A stretch of DNA of 64,000 nucleotides from Spirochaetia bacterium (GTDB taxonomy: Bacteria > Spirochaetota > Spirochaetia > DSM-2461): contig CAXXIA010000002.1 in the NCBI GenBank assembly GCA_963666985.2, positions 32,001 to 96,000 on the forward strand, given 5' to 3'. How positions within the stretch are numbered: the stretch's first letter is position 1; the number at the start of each line of letters is the position of its first letter. Below the pieces are notes generated by a model. The model was not told where the DNA came from and did not search any database. It saw nothing but the letters and a program-made list of their open reading frames with translations. The position numbers were made by a program, and so were the translations under genes. Below are positions 20,719-31,250 of this stretch, piece after piece.

Positions 20719-22260
20719 ATGAAACAAAACACGGAACAAATCCACAGCCTGGAACTTAAAGGAATACGAAAAAGTTTTCCCGGCGTTCTGGCCTGTGACG
20801 ATATTTCCCTCACGGTTGGAGAACATGAGATTCTCTCCATCGTCGGAGAAAACGGAGCCGGTAAAACCACGCTCATGAACATCCTGATGGGACTCTACCA
20901 GCCCGATCGGGGTGAGATTCTGATTAACGGCGGTATGGTGCATTTCCGTTCGCCGAAGGATGCCTTCGACGCCGGAATCGGCATGGTGCATCAGCATTAC
21001 ATGCTGGTTCCCAATCTGACGGTTTGGGAAAATATCGCTTTGGGCATGCGCGAGGCTCATAAAAGAGGCATTATCCGGCCGGAAATCGTTCGCGGGAAAA
21101 TAACGGAAGTCTCGGAAACATACGGTTTGAACATCGATCCGGAAGCCTTTGTCTGGCAGCTTTCGGTGGGCGAACAGCAGAGAGTCGAACTGGTTAAAAC
21201 GCTCTGTTACGGAGCCCGGTTTCTCATTCTGGATGAACCGACTTCAGCCCTGACGCCCCAGGAAACCGACGAACTATTGGAACTGCTTTCATCCATGGGA
21301 AAGCGGCTTTCCATTATCTTCATCAGCCATAAACTCCAGGAAGTAAAAGCCCTCTCTCAAAAAGTGGTGATTCTTCGCAGCGGCCGTCTTGTCTTTTCCG
21401 GAGACACCAAGAATCACAGCCCCTCCGAATTGGCCTCTCTGATGACCGGAGCGGCCGTGGAACTTCCCGTGAATCCCCGGAAAGATGAAAGCGGTGATGA
21501 TGCGCTGATAATCGAGAATCTGAAAGTAAAAAGCGACCGCGGATATTTTGCCCTGGACGGATTCAACCTGACCGTCCGAAACGGCGAAATCGTCGGATTG
21601 GCCGGAGTTTCCGGGAACGGTCAGAAAGAACTGGCCGAAGCGGTGAACGGGCTGCGCCGGATCGAAGAAGGAGACATTCGTTTCCGCAATAAAAGCATCG
21701 CCAATCTGAAACCCGGCGACGTCATCAAAACGGGAATGGGATACATTCCGGAAGACCGCAATACCGAGGGAATCGTTCCTTCCTTTTCCATTCGGGAAAA
21801 CATCATTTTGAAAGATCATTACACCGAACGATACTGCCGAATGGGATTCCTCGATCTGAAAAAAATCGCTCAGTCGGCGGATGGCCTGAAAGAGCGGTTC
21901 GATATTCGATGCCCCAATACCTCAACGGCGGCCGGCGCGCTTTCGGGCGGCAACATACAGAAAGTCATCCTCGCGCGGGAATTTCATAGAAACCCTCAAT
22001 TCCTGGTTGCCGTCTATCCCACGCGCGGGCTGGATATGGGCGCGGCCGAATTCATTCACAGCCAATTGCTGGAACTGAAATCACGGGGGGTTGGGATTCT
22101 CCTTATTTCCGAAGAACTGGATGAAATCATGAATCTTTCGGACCGCATCGCAGTCATCTACAAAGGACGGACAATGGATATTTTGGAAGGCGGAAGTGCC
22201 ACCCGTGCGGGTTTGGGACTTTTAATGGCAGGAGTGGCCGATGACCGCGAAGCAATTTGA
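20719..22260 (+). CDS. Nucleoside ABC transporter ATP-binding protein (NupA-like)
   Basis: GENGAGKTT, GMVHQHY, LSVGEQQRVE, LSGGNIQK and PTRGLD motifs. Confidence 0.95.
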   Translation: MKQNTEQIHSLELKGIRKSFPGVLACDDISLTVGEHEILSIVGENGAGKTTLMNILMGLYQPDRGEILINGGMVHFRSPKDAFDAGIGMVHQHYMLVPNLTVWENIALGMREAHKRGIIRPEIVRGKITEVSETYGLNIDPEAFVWQLSVGEQQRVELVKTLCYGARFLILDEPTSALTPQETDELLELLSSMGKRLSIIFISHKLQEVKALSQKVVILRSGRLVFSGDTKNHSPSELASLMTGAAVELPVNPRKDESGDDALIIENLKVKSDRGYFALDGFNLTVRNGEIVGLAGVSGNGQKELAEAVNGLRRIEEGDIRFRNKSIANLKPGDVIKTGMGYIPEDRNTEGIVPSFSIRENIILKDHYTERYCRMGFLDLKKIAQSADGLKERFDIRCPNTSTAAGALSGGNIQKVILAREFHRNPQFLVAVYPTRGLDMGAAEFIHSQLLELKSRGVGILLISEELDEIMNLSDRIAVIYKGRTMDILEGGSATRAGLGLLMAGVADDREAI

Positions 22261-23332
22261 CCGACTCTACGGCGGCGTTATCATTCTTATCGCGATAGCC
22301 GCGGCGGCGCTTCTGGGAGCCTTCGTCCTCTGGGCCATCGGCGCCGAAGTGCTGAAAACATTTCGGGTGATTTTTATTGAACCCCTGAGAAATTTTTATA
22401 TCATCAGTGAAGTGCTTATTCGCACCATACCGCTGATTTTCGTGGCGTTGGGCATCGCCGTCGCTTTCCGGAGCGGGATTCTCAATATCGGAGCCGAGGG
22501 ACAGCTTCTGATGGGTGTTCTCGGAGCCACGATCGTCGCCGTCAGTTGGCCCCACCTTCCCCATATGCTCATGATTCCTCTCTGTCTTCTTTCCGGAACG
22601 ATTCTGGGAGCTCTGTACGGAGGAATCCCGGGATTTCTGAAAGCGAAACTCGAAGTGAGCGAACTGCTCTCCACGGTTATGCTCAATTATATTGCCGTTC
22701 AGATTTACACCCTCTGTCTGCGGGGACCTCTTATCGACCCTCAGGAATTGAAAACCGGATCGGGAACGCCGCAGAGCATCCGTTTCCCCGAGGCCGCTTG
22801 GCTGCACCGCCTGGTTCCGGGAACCCGTCTTCATACGGGAATCATCATCGCCCTGATTCTCTGCGTTGTGATCTATTTTCTTTTATGGAGAACCAGTTAC
22901 GGCTATCGGCTCAGGGCCGCCGGGGCGGAGGCGAAGGCCGCGCGATACGGAGGAATCGGAGTTCCGGGCGCTTTGATTTCCGCCATGGTCATCTCCGGCG
23001 CCTTCGCAGGGCTTGCCGGAGCCGTGGAAGTTACCGGACTTCATCGCCGGGCCATCGAAGGGATTTCCTCCGGCTACGGCTTTACCGGAATCGTCGTCGC
23101 TCTTTTCGGAGGTCTTCATCCGGGAGGGATTATTCCGGCGGCCTTCCTCTTCGGTCTGGTTCTTGTCGGCGGAGATATGACTCAGAGGATGGTGGGTGTT
23201 CCCTCCAACATGGTGCAGGTGCTCCAGGGAATCATCATCCTCACCATTGTTTCGGCCAAGATGGTTCTTTCCAATCCGTATATTCGGGAACGGGCCGAGC
23301 GCCGCTTCCTTAAAGAGGAGGCCGCGGCATGA
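22241..23332 (+). CDS. Nucleoside ABC transporter permease
   Basis: FRSGILNIGAEGQ, STVMLNY and GFTGIVVAL motifs. Confidence 0.93.
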   Translation: MTAKQFDRLYGGVIILIAIAAAALLGAFVLWAIGAEVLKTFRVIFIEPLRNFYIISEVLIRTIPLIFVALGIAVAFRSGILNIGAEGQLLMGVLGATIVAVSWPHLPHMLMIPLCLLSGTILGALYGGIPGFLKAKLEVSELLSTVMLNYIAVQIYTLCLRGPLIDPQELKTGSGTPQSIRFPEAAWLHRLVPGTRLHTGIIIALILCVVIYFLLWRTSYGYRLRAAGAEAKAARYGGIGVPGALISAMVISGAFAGLAGAVEVTGLHRRAIEGISSGYGFTGIVVALFGGLHPGGIIPAAFLFGLVLVGGDMTQRMVGVPSNMVQVLQGIIILTIVSAKMVLSNPYIRERAERRFLKEEAAA

Positions 23333-24276
23333 TTGATTTTCTGATGAGCATCCTGGTTCTGGGAATTCCCTTTTCCATCTCTCTGCTTCTGGCCGCTCTC
23401 GGTGAAATGTTCAACCAAAGAGCGGGAATCTTCAACCTCGGCTGTGAAGGCGTGATGTCGATGGGAGCCTTCGTCGGTTTTCTCATTCCCTACCTTTTCA
23501 TCAAAGCCGGACTCAATCCCGTGATGGGAAACACCTTGGGCCTGGCCGCTTCGATAGCGGCAGGCGCTCTTCTGGGACTCTTTTTCGGATTGGTGGTGAT
23601 TACGTTCAAAGCCACTCAGGGTATCGCCGGTATCGGACTGCAGATGTTCGGAGTCGGCGTGGCCGGAACGCTGTTTCGGCATTTCATCGGCGGCATCGCC
23701 GGCGTGCCCGGACTCTCTCCGCTGCCGATCCCCCTTCTTTCGAAAATCCCGATTCTCGGTAAAGTGCTCTTTAATCACAACATCGTTGTTTATTTGGCTC
23801 TGGTTTTGGTTCCCATAGCCCAGTTCGTCCTGAATAAATCTTCCTGGGGTTTGAAGGTTCGCGCTTCGGGCACGACGCCCCGGGCGGCCGATTCGGTGGG
23901 AATCAACGTTAACCGCATACGGTATCAATCTCTGGTTGTCGGGGGCGCCCTGGCCGGATTGGGAGGCGCCTATCTCTCCATCGGACAGGCGAAGATGTTC
24001 GCCGATACTCTTATCGCCGGCCGGGGATTCATCGCGGTGGCCCTTGTTTACTTCGGGAAGTGGAATCCCTTGGGAATACTGGGAGGTGCCCTACTTTTCA
24101 GTCTGACTCAAGTTCTGCAGCTGAAGATTCAAACCGCCGGGGTGAATATGCCGTATGAGTTCGCCGTCATGATGCCCTACGTTCTGGTTATCGTGGTTCT
24201 GGCTTTCGCCCGCAAGAATCAGCATCTGGGCCCGAAATCTTTAGGAATCGCTTTCGATAGGGAGAACAGGCTTTAA
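23329..24276 (+). CDS. Nucleoside ABC transporter permease
   Basis: RAGIFNLGCEG, GRGFIAVA.VYFGKWNP and MMPY motifs. Confidence 0.93.
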   Translation: MIDFLMSILVLGIPFSISLLLAALGEMFNQRAGIFNLGCEGVMSMGAFVGFLIPYLFIKAGLNPVMGNTLGLAASIAAGALLGLFFGLVVITFKATQGIAGIGLQMFGVGVAGTLFRHFIGGIAGVPGLSPLPIPLLSKIPILGKVLFNHNIVVYLALVLVPIAQFVLNKSSWGLKVRASGTTPRAADSVGINVNRIRYQSLVVGGALAGLGGAYLSIGQAKMFADTLIAGRGFIAVALVYFGKWNPLGILGGALLFSLTQVLQLKIQTAGVNMPYEFAVMMPYVLVIVVLAFARKNQHLGPKSLGIAFDRENRL

Positions 24277-24386
24277 TTTCAGCCCGGTTTATCCCCGCCC
24301 CCGATCGCTTTAACGCGAACGGAGGCATACTTCGGGCGAAAGCCGGCTGGAAAATTCGACCATCGCCGCGATGCGGCGGCGGAAAA

Positions 24387-25652
24387 TCAATGTTTTCTCA
24401 GCACATCCAGCGGTTTTAATCGCGAAGCCCGGGAGGCCGGCAGTGCGGCCGCGAGCAGGGACAAAGCGAACGTGGATAACGCGATTACGGCCGTGGCACC
24501 CCATCTTATGGTTACCGGTATGGTTTGAAGGTAATACCCTTCATCCAGAAGTTTGGGCGCCGGCCCCGATGTAAAGAGTCCCAGAAGGAATTCCACCGCC
24601 GAAATGATTTCGTTGATGAAACGCGAAACCAGCAGTCCTCCCGCGGAACCGACAAGGGTTCCGGCGGCGGCGGCAAAAATCCCGGCCAAAAGAAAGGTTC
24701 TGGTAATATCCCGCGGAGAGGTTCCGGTACACTTGAGAATACCGATTTCCCTTCGCCTCTCCAGGGTAAGCATAATCAGCGATGTAAGAACGTTGACCAC
24801 GGCCACGATAATGATGAGGGCCATGATAACCAGAAGAATACCTCGGGTTGTGTTGAGATTGCTCAAAAGATAACGATTCAGATCCGTCCAAACATACGCG
24901 GTCCATCCTTCTCCGAGTGTAACGGCCGCGGAATCGGCGAACGATCGTCCGATCTTTTGCGGATGGGGAACTTTGCAGCCGATGAACGTCACCGCACTCT
25001 CATCGGACAAAACGGACCATCCGGTCTGAAGAGGAATGAACGCCCAGGTTCTGTCCAAATCCTGATATCCGCTGGTGAACACACCCTTGACGACAAAGCG
25101 GGTTACCTTGGGAATATAGCGGCCGTTATCCAAACGCCTGGCCGTTAAAATCCTCAGTTCGCTGCCGGCTGCAGCCCCCAAACGGCGCGCGGCTTCCCGG
25201 CCCAGAAGAATGGAATCGGCCGATGAAAGATCCCATCCGCCCTCGTCAAATTCGATATACGTGGAAAATCCTTCATCGCGCATGTAGACATCCGGCGGCA
25301 GCGCTCTGAGCGTTAATCCTTCGCGGACGTTCGCGGCTCGGGCCAGTCCGAATCCCTGCCGTTCCACCCATGCGTCGGAAAATGCTTCTTCTTCGGCAAG
25401 CTTTTCGGCGGATTCCTCCCAGGTTTTTCTATCGGGAACTCCCCAGTTGTGAACCTGAACATGATAAGAAGAAGTCTCTCGGTAACGGGCGATGATTCCC
25501 TCAATCATGGCTGCGGCGATGTGATCCACCGTTACAAGAGGAATAAGCGACAGGGCAATGCCCGCCGCCGCGCCGATAAGAGGATGTCCTTTTGCCTGTT
25601 CCCGCCGCCGCTTGAAGAAAAGATGTCCGGCGACGAAGAGGGGTCCGCTCAT
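24387..25652 (-). CDS. LolC/LolE (FtsX/MacB-like) ABC permease
   Basis: Periplasmic domain plus three C-terminal TMs; ERRREIGILKCTG; ends LKPLDVLR. Confidence 0.88.
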   Translation of the reverse strand: MSGPLFVAGHLFFKRRREQAKGHPLIGAAAGIALSLIPLVTVDHIAAAMIEGIIARYRETSSYHVQVHNWGVPDRKTWEESAEKLAEEEAFSDAWVERQGFGLARAANVREGLTLRALPPDVYMRDEGFSTYIEFDEGGWDLSSADSILLGREAARRLGAAAGSELRILTARRLDNGRYIPKVTRFVVKGVFTSGYQDLDRTWAFIPLQTGWSVLSDESAVTFIGCKVPHPQKIGRSFADSAAVTLGEGWTAYVWTDLNRYLLSNLNTTRGILLVIMALIIIVAVVNVLTSLIMLTLERRREIGILKCTGTSPRDITRTFLLAGIFAAAAGTLVGSAGGLLVSRFINEIISAVEFLLGLFTSGPAPKLLDEGYYLQTIPVTIRWGATAVIALSTFALSLLAAALPASRASRLKPLDVLRKH

Positions 25653-26329
25653 GCGGCCACCAGCCTTCCTTCACTGAGGCTCAGGATTTTGCCAGCGCGG
25701 GATGCGAGATCGGCCGAATGAGTAACCAGAATAAGAGTTTTTCCGGCATCGGCGGTTAAGGAGAAAAGAAGATCGGCAACCATGGCTTTATGGTCTTCAT
25801 CCAGGTTGCCCGTCGGCTCGTCGGCAAGAATAAGATCGGGGTTGTTCACCAAGGCCCTCGCCAAAGCGACTCTCTGGCGTTCTCCGCCCGAGAGCTGTGC
25901 CGGATAATGTCCCGCACGGTTTTCAACGCGAACTTTACTGAGAATCTCATCGGCAGCGCGGCGGGCCTCTTTCTTTCCAACACCCCTCATCAGCATGGGC
26001 AGCATGATGTTCTCTTCCGCCGTAAAATCCTTCAGAAGGTAGTGAAACTGAAAAACGAAACCCACTCCCGCGGAACGGTATTCGGTAAGACGGTTTTCAC
26101 TCATTCGGCTTACCTCATATCCGCAGGCCCTGATAACCCCGGAATCGGCCCGATCCAAGCCGCCGATAAGATTCAGCAGAGTGCTTTTGCCGCAGCCGGA
26201 AGCTCCCACCACGGCAATGCTTTCACCCGCATATGCCGAGAAATCCACATCCCGAAGCACTCTCAGTTCATCGCTGCCGGAACGATACGTTTTACAGACG
26301 CCTTCCAAGACTAAAGTCGGTTCATTCAC
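25649..26329 (-). CDS. lolD: LolD-type ABC ATP-binding protein
   Basis: GASGCGKST, GFVFQFHYLL, LSGGERQRVA and ADEPTGNLD motifs; flanked by two LolC/E-type permeases. Confidence 0.88.
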   Translation of the reverse strand: MNEPTLVLEGVCKTYRSGSDELRVLRDVDFSAYAGESIAVVGASGCGKSTLLNLIGGLDRADSGVIRACGYEVSRMSENRLTEYRSAGVGFVFQFHYLLKDFTAEENIMLPMLMRGVGKKEARRAADEILSKVRVENRAGHYPAQLSGGERQRVALARALVNNPDLILADEPTGNLDEDHKAMVADLLFSLTADAGKTLILVTHSADLASRAGKILSLSEGRLVAA

Positions 26330-27605
26330 TTCGGAGCACCTCCGCGGGTTTCAATCGGGCGGCCAAAGACGCGGCTCGAATCGCGGCCGCCGATGAGAGC
26401 GCCACGGCCAGGGAGAAAATAATCAAAACATCTTTCGGCATGACTTCGGTGCTGCGCAGGAACGCCTCCACGGGAAGGGGATGAAAGGATGATAATCCCA
26501 AGAGACCGGCCAGCATATTCCACAGCTGATGAAATCCCCGGATAATCCCGTCCACATTGGCTCCGATCAAAACACCCGCCAGACTGCCGAAAAGCCCTCC
26601 GGCGCCGCCGATAACAAGACCATGCCTGAGAAAGAGAATGCGGATATCGCCGGGAGAGGCGCCATGAGATTTCAGAATGGCCAAGTCCTCGGTCCTTTCG
26701 GTAGCCATGCGCCGCAGAGAATGATCGATATTCACCGCCACCACAACGAAAATAAGCGCCAAAAGAAGAATCATCATGACTTTTTCCGTTCGAAGCGCTC
26801 CGAAGAAAGATCGATTGTTATCCCGCCAGGAGCTTAAGCTGCCGCCGATACCGGAAGCGTTAAAGGATTCGGAGAGTTCTTCGGCCGCCCGTCTGTCCCT
26901 ATCCGCGTGAACAAGTTTAATTCCCACTTCGGCCGGTACGTTACCGTAGAGGGATCGGGCGGTATCCAAAGAGACAAAGGCCAAGGACATTTCATATTCG
27001 CGATACGAGCATCGGAAGATACCCGTTACCTCAAGTGCCGCCTGCGCGGGAGAAAAACCGGCGGAGCCCAGTTCAAGCGCCGTGATTTTATCCCCCACAT
27101 CCGCTCCCAGAATCATGGACAAACCGCTGCCGAGAACGATTCCTCCGCCGGAAAGATCGAAAGAGCCTTCCTCCAATTCCAGATGTTTCGCCATTGTGCC
27201 GTCAATCTCATAAAGATTCTCCGGAACGCCTCTGACAAGAGCGCCCGCGGGCCTGGGGCGAACACCGTTCAGCATGGTCTGTCCCTCAATAAAAGGCAGC
27301 GCAACGGCGATGCGGGGATTCCCGGAAACGATATCGAGGACGGCTTCGGAATCATCTTGAGCCTTCGTGCCGTCGTCTTCCTCGAAATCGGGCGTCCATC
27401 GCAAATGATACGATCCGATTTCCAGGATACTTCGAATATATCCCTGCTGCAGACCGTTCATCACGGCGAGTATCGTGTTCAGCGTCGCCACGCCCGAACC
27501 GATCAGAATAACGGCAAAAAGAAAAATCAGGCGGCCGCGGCCGCCGCGGCGTCCGGTTAAAAAACGCCATGAGACCCAAGGAATCCATCCGGGTCTTCGA
27601 ATCAA
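26322..27605 (-). CDS. LolC/LolE-type ABC permease
   Basis: AVMNGLQ, FFGALRTEKVMM and AILKSHGA motifs; ends LKPAEVLRSE. Confidence 0.88.
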   Translation of the reverse strand: MIRRPGWIPWVSWRFLTGRRGGRGRLIFLFAVILIGSGVATLNTILAVMNGLQQGYIRSILEIGSYHLRWTPDFEEDDGTKAQDDSEAVLDIVSGNPRIAVALPFIEGQTMLNGVRPRPAGALVRGVPENLYEIDGTMAKHLELEEGSFDLSGGGIVLGSGLSMILGADVGDKITALELGSAGFSPAQAALEVTGIFRCSYREYEMSLAFVSLDTARSLYGNVPAEVGIKLVHADRDRRAAEELSESFNASGIGGSLSSWRDNNRSFFGALRTEKVMMILLLALIFVVVAVNIDHSLRRMATERTEDLAILKSHGASPGDIRILFLRHGLVIGGAGGLFGSLAGVLIGANVDGIIRGFHQLWNMLAGLLGLSSFHPLPVEAFLRSTEVMPKDVLIIFSLAVALSSAAAIRAASLAARLKPAEVLRSE

Positions 27606-28564
27606 TGGATATCCTCCCGGGTTCGGACAACTTCACCGTTTCTTAAAAACTCTTCCTTAACCCGATTCCCGTCGCGCCAATAAACACGAACCACCGCATC
27701 ACCGTCGCGAAAGAGAGTTTCGATCCGTTCGTTTTCCGATGTCCACTCGGTTTGGCTCACGCGGATGCCGTCGACGGTTTTTACCTCGCCGACCATACGA
27801 TCTCCGGACCAGGTGATGTCTCTGACGGATAAACGTCCTTCTCCGCGTTCCTCAACCCGTATCAGATCATCGCCCTTCCATTGATACGTTCTGGTAAAAA
27901 CGATCATCCCGCCGCGGGTTGTATTTTCTTCTATCAGGCGGCCCTGATCGTCGAATTTGCTGCTGCGGGTTTCCTCTCCGCTCTGCTCAAGCTGTTCTTT
28001 CAGTTCCCCGTCTTCGTTCCGTTTCCAGGAAGTCCGTTCGGTCACGGTCGGCCCGGTAAGCGCAAGCCGTTCCAGAGGGCGGCCGGCCGCGTCCCGGTCA
28101 GTGATAAGCCATTGATCGCCCGAAGAGGACGCATGCCTCCAGACGATTCCATCGGCGCCGACTTTTCTATCGGTTTCGACTCGGTCCCGTTCATCCTCAT
28201 TCGCCGCGATGTAAACGGCCCGGGGATTGCCTTCGGCGTCCCAGGCGTATTCCACTCTCGACAAAAGATGGCCTTCCGAATCCGATTCCTCCCGGGCCAC
28301 AAGCCGGCCGGCCGAACGAACCAGCACGGTAACCGAATGCAGAACGCCGTCCCGGTAAAGGTTCCGGATTTCATTCTCATCGTCCCTTTCTATGGAAAGA
28401 GTCCAGCCTTTGGCCGAGGGAGCCGATCCGGAAAAAGGTTCTCCCGGGACGCCGCCGGGAGACGATCGGTACCATTCCTCGGCGAACAGGGCGGTAAAAG
28501 AAGAGAACATGAGAAGAAAAAGAAAAGAAAACTTATGCGTCGCCATGGGGTAAGAGCTCATCAA
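27602..28564 (-). CDS. Exported hypothetical protein with repeated beta-hairpins (YD/MORN-like)
   Basis: Signal peptide ending ALFA; recurring YRDG, WDAEGN, FDDQGR and FRDG turns; true start probably 28546. Confidence 0.7.
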   Translation of the reverse strand: MMSSYPMATHKFSFLFLLMFSSFTALFAEEWYRSSPGGVPGEPFSGSAPSAKGWTLSIERDDENEIRNLYRDGVLHSVTVLVRSAGRLVAREESDSEGHLLSRVEYAWDAEGNPRAVYIAANEDERDRVETDRKVGADGIVWRHASSSGDQWLITDRDAAGRPLERLALTGPTVTERTSWKRNEDGELKEQLEQSGEETRSSKFDDQGRLIEENTTRGGMIVFTRTYQWKGDDLIRVEERGEGRLSVRDITWSGDRMVGEVKTVDGIRVSQTEWTSENERIETLFRDGDAVVRVYWRDGNRVKEEFLRNGEVVRTREDIH

Positions 28565-29471
28565 GGTAAGCTTCCGGTTCGAAAGGAATCAAGTCGTCCA
28601 TGCCTTCTCCTCTGCCGAGAAAGGCGAACGGAAGGCCGAGTTTTCGGCCGATGGCCGCGACCAGACCGCCTTTGGCGGACGAATCGTACTTTGTCATGAC
28701 GACGGCGTCCACGCCGACGGCTTCGTGAAAGGTTTCGGCCTGCCGCATACCGTTCTGACCCGTCGTAGCGTCGATAACCAGGATTTTCCGGTACACTCCG
28801 CCGCTCCCGAGTTTATCCGATACGATGCGGTCGATTTTTTCCAGTTCCTTCACCAGATTGGCCCTGTTGTGCATCCGTCCGGCGGTATCGGCGAGTACCA
28901 GGGAATCTCCGCGGCTTCGGGCCGAAACGATGGCGTCATAAATAACCGCCCCCGGATCGGTTCCGGAATCCTGCTTGACAATCCTCGCGCCGACGCGATC
29001 GGCGAGAATCGTCAGCTGATCAACCGCCGCGGCCCGAAAGGTATCTCCGGCGGCGAAGACGATTCCTTTCGTCCCCTCTTTTCCGAAACGATGGGCCATC
29101 TTGGCTATTGTGGTGGTTTTCCCGACTCCGTTCACTCCGAGAATCAAAAACAGCGTGAGTTTCCCCGGAACCGGCGCGAGATCCGCCGTTAATAAGGACG
29201 GCCGGATAATATCCTTAAGGGAATCGATCAGATTGTTTCCGTCGTCCCGATTTTCCCGGCGCACTTTACGCAATTCATCGACAACACCCACCGCGGCCGA
29301 TGCCCCGAAATCGGCTTCGACCAATAAATCCTCAAGCCGATCATAAAAATCTTCATCATCTTCGCCGCTGCGGGAAAACAGATCCAGGATACGGCGTCCC
29401 AGACCTTTGCCCGGCGCCTTTAAGGCGGTTTGAGGGCCAAAGGCCCCCGTTATTTTCCGTCTACCGAACAT
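28533..29471 (-). CDS. ftsY: Signal recognition particle receptor FtsY
   Basis: GVNGVGKTTT, DTFRAAA, DTAGR and TKYDSSAKGG motifs. Confidence 0.96.
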   Translation of the reverse strand: MFGRRKITGAFGPQTALKAPGKGLGRRILDLFSRSGEDDEDFYDRLEDLLVEADFGASAAVGVVDELRKVRRENRDDGNNLIDSLKDIIRPSLLTADLAPVPGKLTLFLILGVNGVGKTTTIAKMAHRFGKEGTKGIVFAAGDTFRAAAVDQLTILADRVGARIVKQDSGTDPGAVIYDAIVSARSRGDSLVLADTAGRMHNRANLVKELEKIDRIVSDKLGSGGVYRKILVIDATTGQNGMRQAETFHEAVGVDAVVMTKYDSSAKGGLVAAIGRKLGLPFAFLGRGEGMDDLIPFEPEAYLDELLPHGDA

Positions 29472-29786
29472 ATCGCCGGTATCCTATGGCAAGAATCGGG
29501 ATTCGGGAACCCCCGGAGAGGGCGATGTTCCGGAGAATCGCACCTTCGGGCGCATCATAAACGGAGTTCTTCCGAGCCGATGAGGTGAGTAACGGCTTCC
29601 CCGAAAAGAATATCGGATCCGAGGCCGAAACCCGGAAAAAGGGAAACGAAAACCAAGAAAAGCACCCGGCGAAACGCGGCATAAGGCCTGATTTCGCCTC
29701 CCTCAGAGGCGGAATCAGAGACCTTACGTTCCCGATGCCCGCTCCAGATCGGGATTTTATTCTTTTCTCATCGCTTCGCTTGAAAA

Positions 29787-31250
29787 TCAATCCGAAAGTC
29801 CTTCGGCCGCATCAAGATAGCGATGAAGTCTGACAAGCACATTGGCGAGCAAACCGAAATTCACGGCAACGCTCCCCCACATCATTCCGTAACTGATCAT
29901 ATAACCCCTGTATGAAGAATTCATGTCTTCATCATTGCTCGGAGATCCTTGAGCAACAACGTTCATATTCGCGTAATTTTGGGATATTCCGAGAAGTGCG
30001 ATGGTGGGGGCCAAAGAGGCCGAAAACAGGGCGACGGCGTTATACAGTCTCTTCCGGGCCGTTGAAAACTCTTCCAGAGGATCGACAATCCGGCTTTCCA
30101 GCGGAACGGTCAGCGATTCCGTGTTCGGAGAAAAAGGAACGGTTCGCGATATGTAATCCTTCAGTTCCAAGGTTACGGGCATCACGCGGTCCGGACGCTC
30201 CACCGAAAGCGGTGTTCTGCCGAGCCAGAGAGTTCCGAGGCGCACATCGGCACCGGGCGGAATACTGCGTACCAGAACGGCATCCGAACCCGTCTTTTCA
30301 AGGGCTAAATCCAGCGTTTTTCTTTCAGATTCATCAACCCTTTCATTGATAAGAAGCGGTTCGAAACCATGGGCGGTTACTTCAAGAACATAATCTCCCG
30401 GCTTTAAAACCGAAGAAGACCAATACCCCACCCCAGCCGTCCGGCCGTTCACGGCGATCAGGGCCGTGGGAGGCTCGGTCTGCACCGTCAGAGAGCCCCA
30501 GGAACGGCCGAGTATAAGAGTCCGAAGCGCGGCGCCCGCTTCCCGGGAAACATCCTCAAGCTCGATATCCGACGCGGCGCCTTCCCATATCGATACCGAG
30601 CCTTCGGCGGTTAGGGCCGTAATGCCGATGCCGTAATAATCTCCCACCCGAAGCATTTTGCCGCAAACCAGAACATCAAGATCGTGATATTTCCGAAAAG
30701 ACTCATGCGCCATCTTCCCGGTATCCCATATTCTTCCTCCGCCGACGGGATCCGGGTAAACGGCAAGAAGACTTAACGGTACGAAAACGGACTGCGGAGG
30801 AGCGTCTTTTAATCGCCGTGCTTTACGCGAAGCCTCTTCAATGTCGAGTTCAATATCTTTTAAATCGGCCGCCTGCGCGTTCGGATCAAAGAGGAACTCA
30901 TCGCGCTTGGCATGCAAAGATGCGAGCTTCTTCCATGCTTTCGTCTCTTCATCCTCAATAACGGCGCGAGCCAGCGCGATTCGCTCTTCGGGCAAAAGAA
31001 GATGCTCATCCACTTCCTCCAATTCACCGCGGATCAGCCTGGAAACCAGAGAAGACGCGGAAACCAAAGCTCCGTCGGAGGCGTCATTTACGGTCAAAGC
31101 CGCAACACCGATCGACCATTCGGTCTTCGAAGCAGCAAGATTCTCATCATCCCCGCCGTCGGCGGCGTATGCGCCGGCGGAGAAGAAAAACAGGACGGCG
31201 GCCGAAACGGCCGGAGTCGAAGTGAAAAGAAACCTCTTATGCCTCTTCAT
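29787..31250 (-). CDS. PEGA-domain membrane/exported protein
   Basis: Signal peptide; two PEGA repeats (GSLTVQTEPPTALI and VRSIPPGADV..LGRTP); two C-terminal TMs. Confidence 0.85.
   Translation of the reverse strand: MKRHKRFLFTSTPAVSAAVLFFFSAGAYAADGGDDENLAASKTEWSIGVAALTVNDASDGALVSASSLVSRLIRGELEEVDEHLLLPEERIALARAVIEDEETKAWKKLASLHAKRDEFLFDPNAQAADLKDIELDIEEASRKARRLKDAPPQSVFVPLSLLAVYPDPVGGGRIWDTGKMAHESFRKYHDLDVLVCGKMLRVGDYYGIGITALTAEGSVSIWEGAASDIELEDVSREAGAALRTLILGRSWGSLTVQTEPPTALIAVNGRTAGVGYWSSSVLKPGDYVLEVTAHGFEPLLINERVDESERKTLDLALEKTGSDAVLVRSIPPGADVRLGTLWLGRTPLSVERPDRVMPVTLELKDYISRTVPFSPNTESLTVPLESRIVDPLEEFSTARKRLYNAVALFSASLAPTIALLGISQNYANMNVVAQGSPSNDEDMNSSYRGYMISYGMMWGSVAVNFGLLANVLVRLHRYLDAAEGLSD

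Noticed and set aside
29472..29786. SRP (4.5S) RNA or hammerhead ribozyme upstream of ftsY
   Set aside because: No CAGG-CC-GNAA-GG-AGCAG SRP core on either strand; CCGATGAG...GAAA lacks the CUGA core and the required stems
29461..29790. 109-aa ORF filling the PEGA-ftsY gap
   Set aside because: TTG start, no recognisable motif and atypical composition; unsupported, though not excluded
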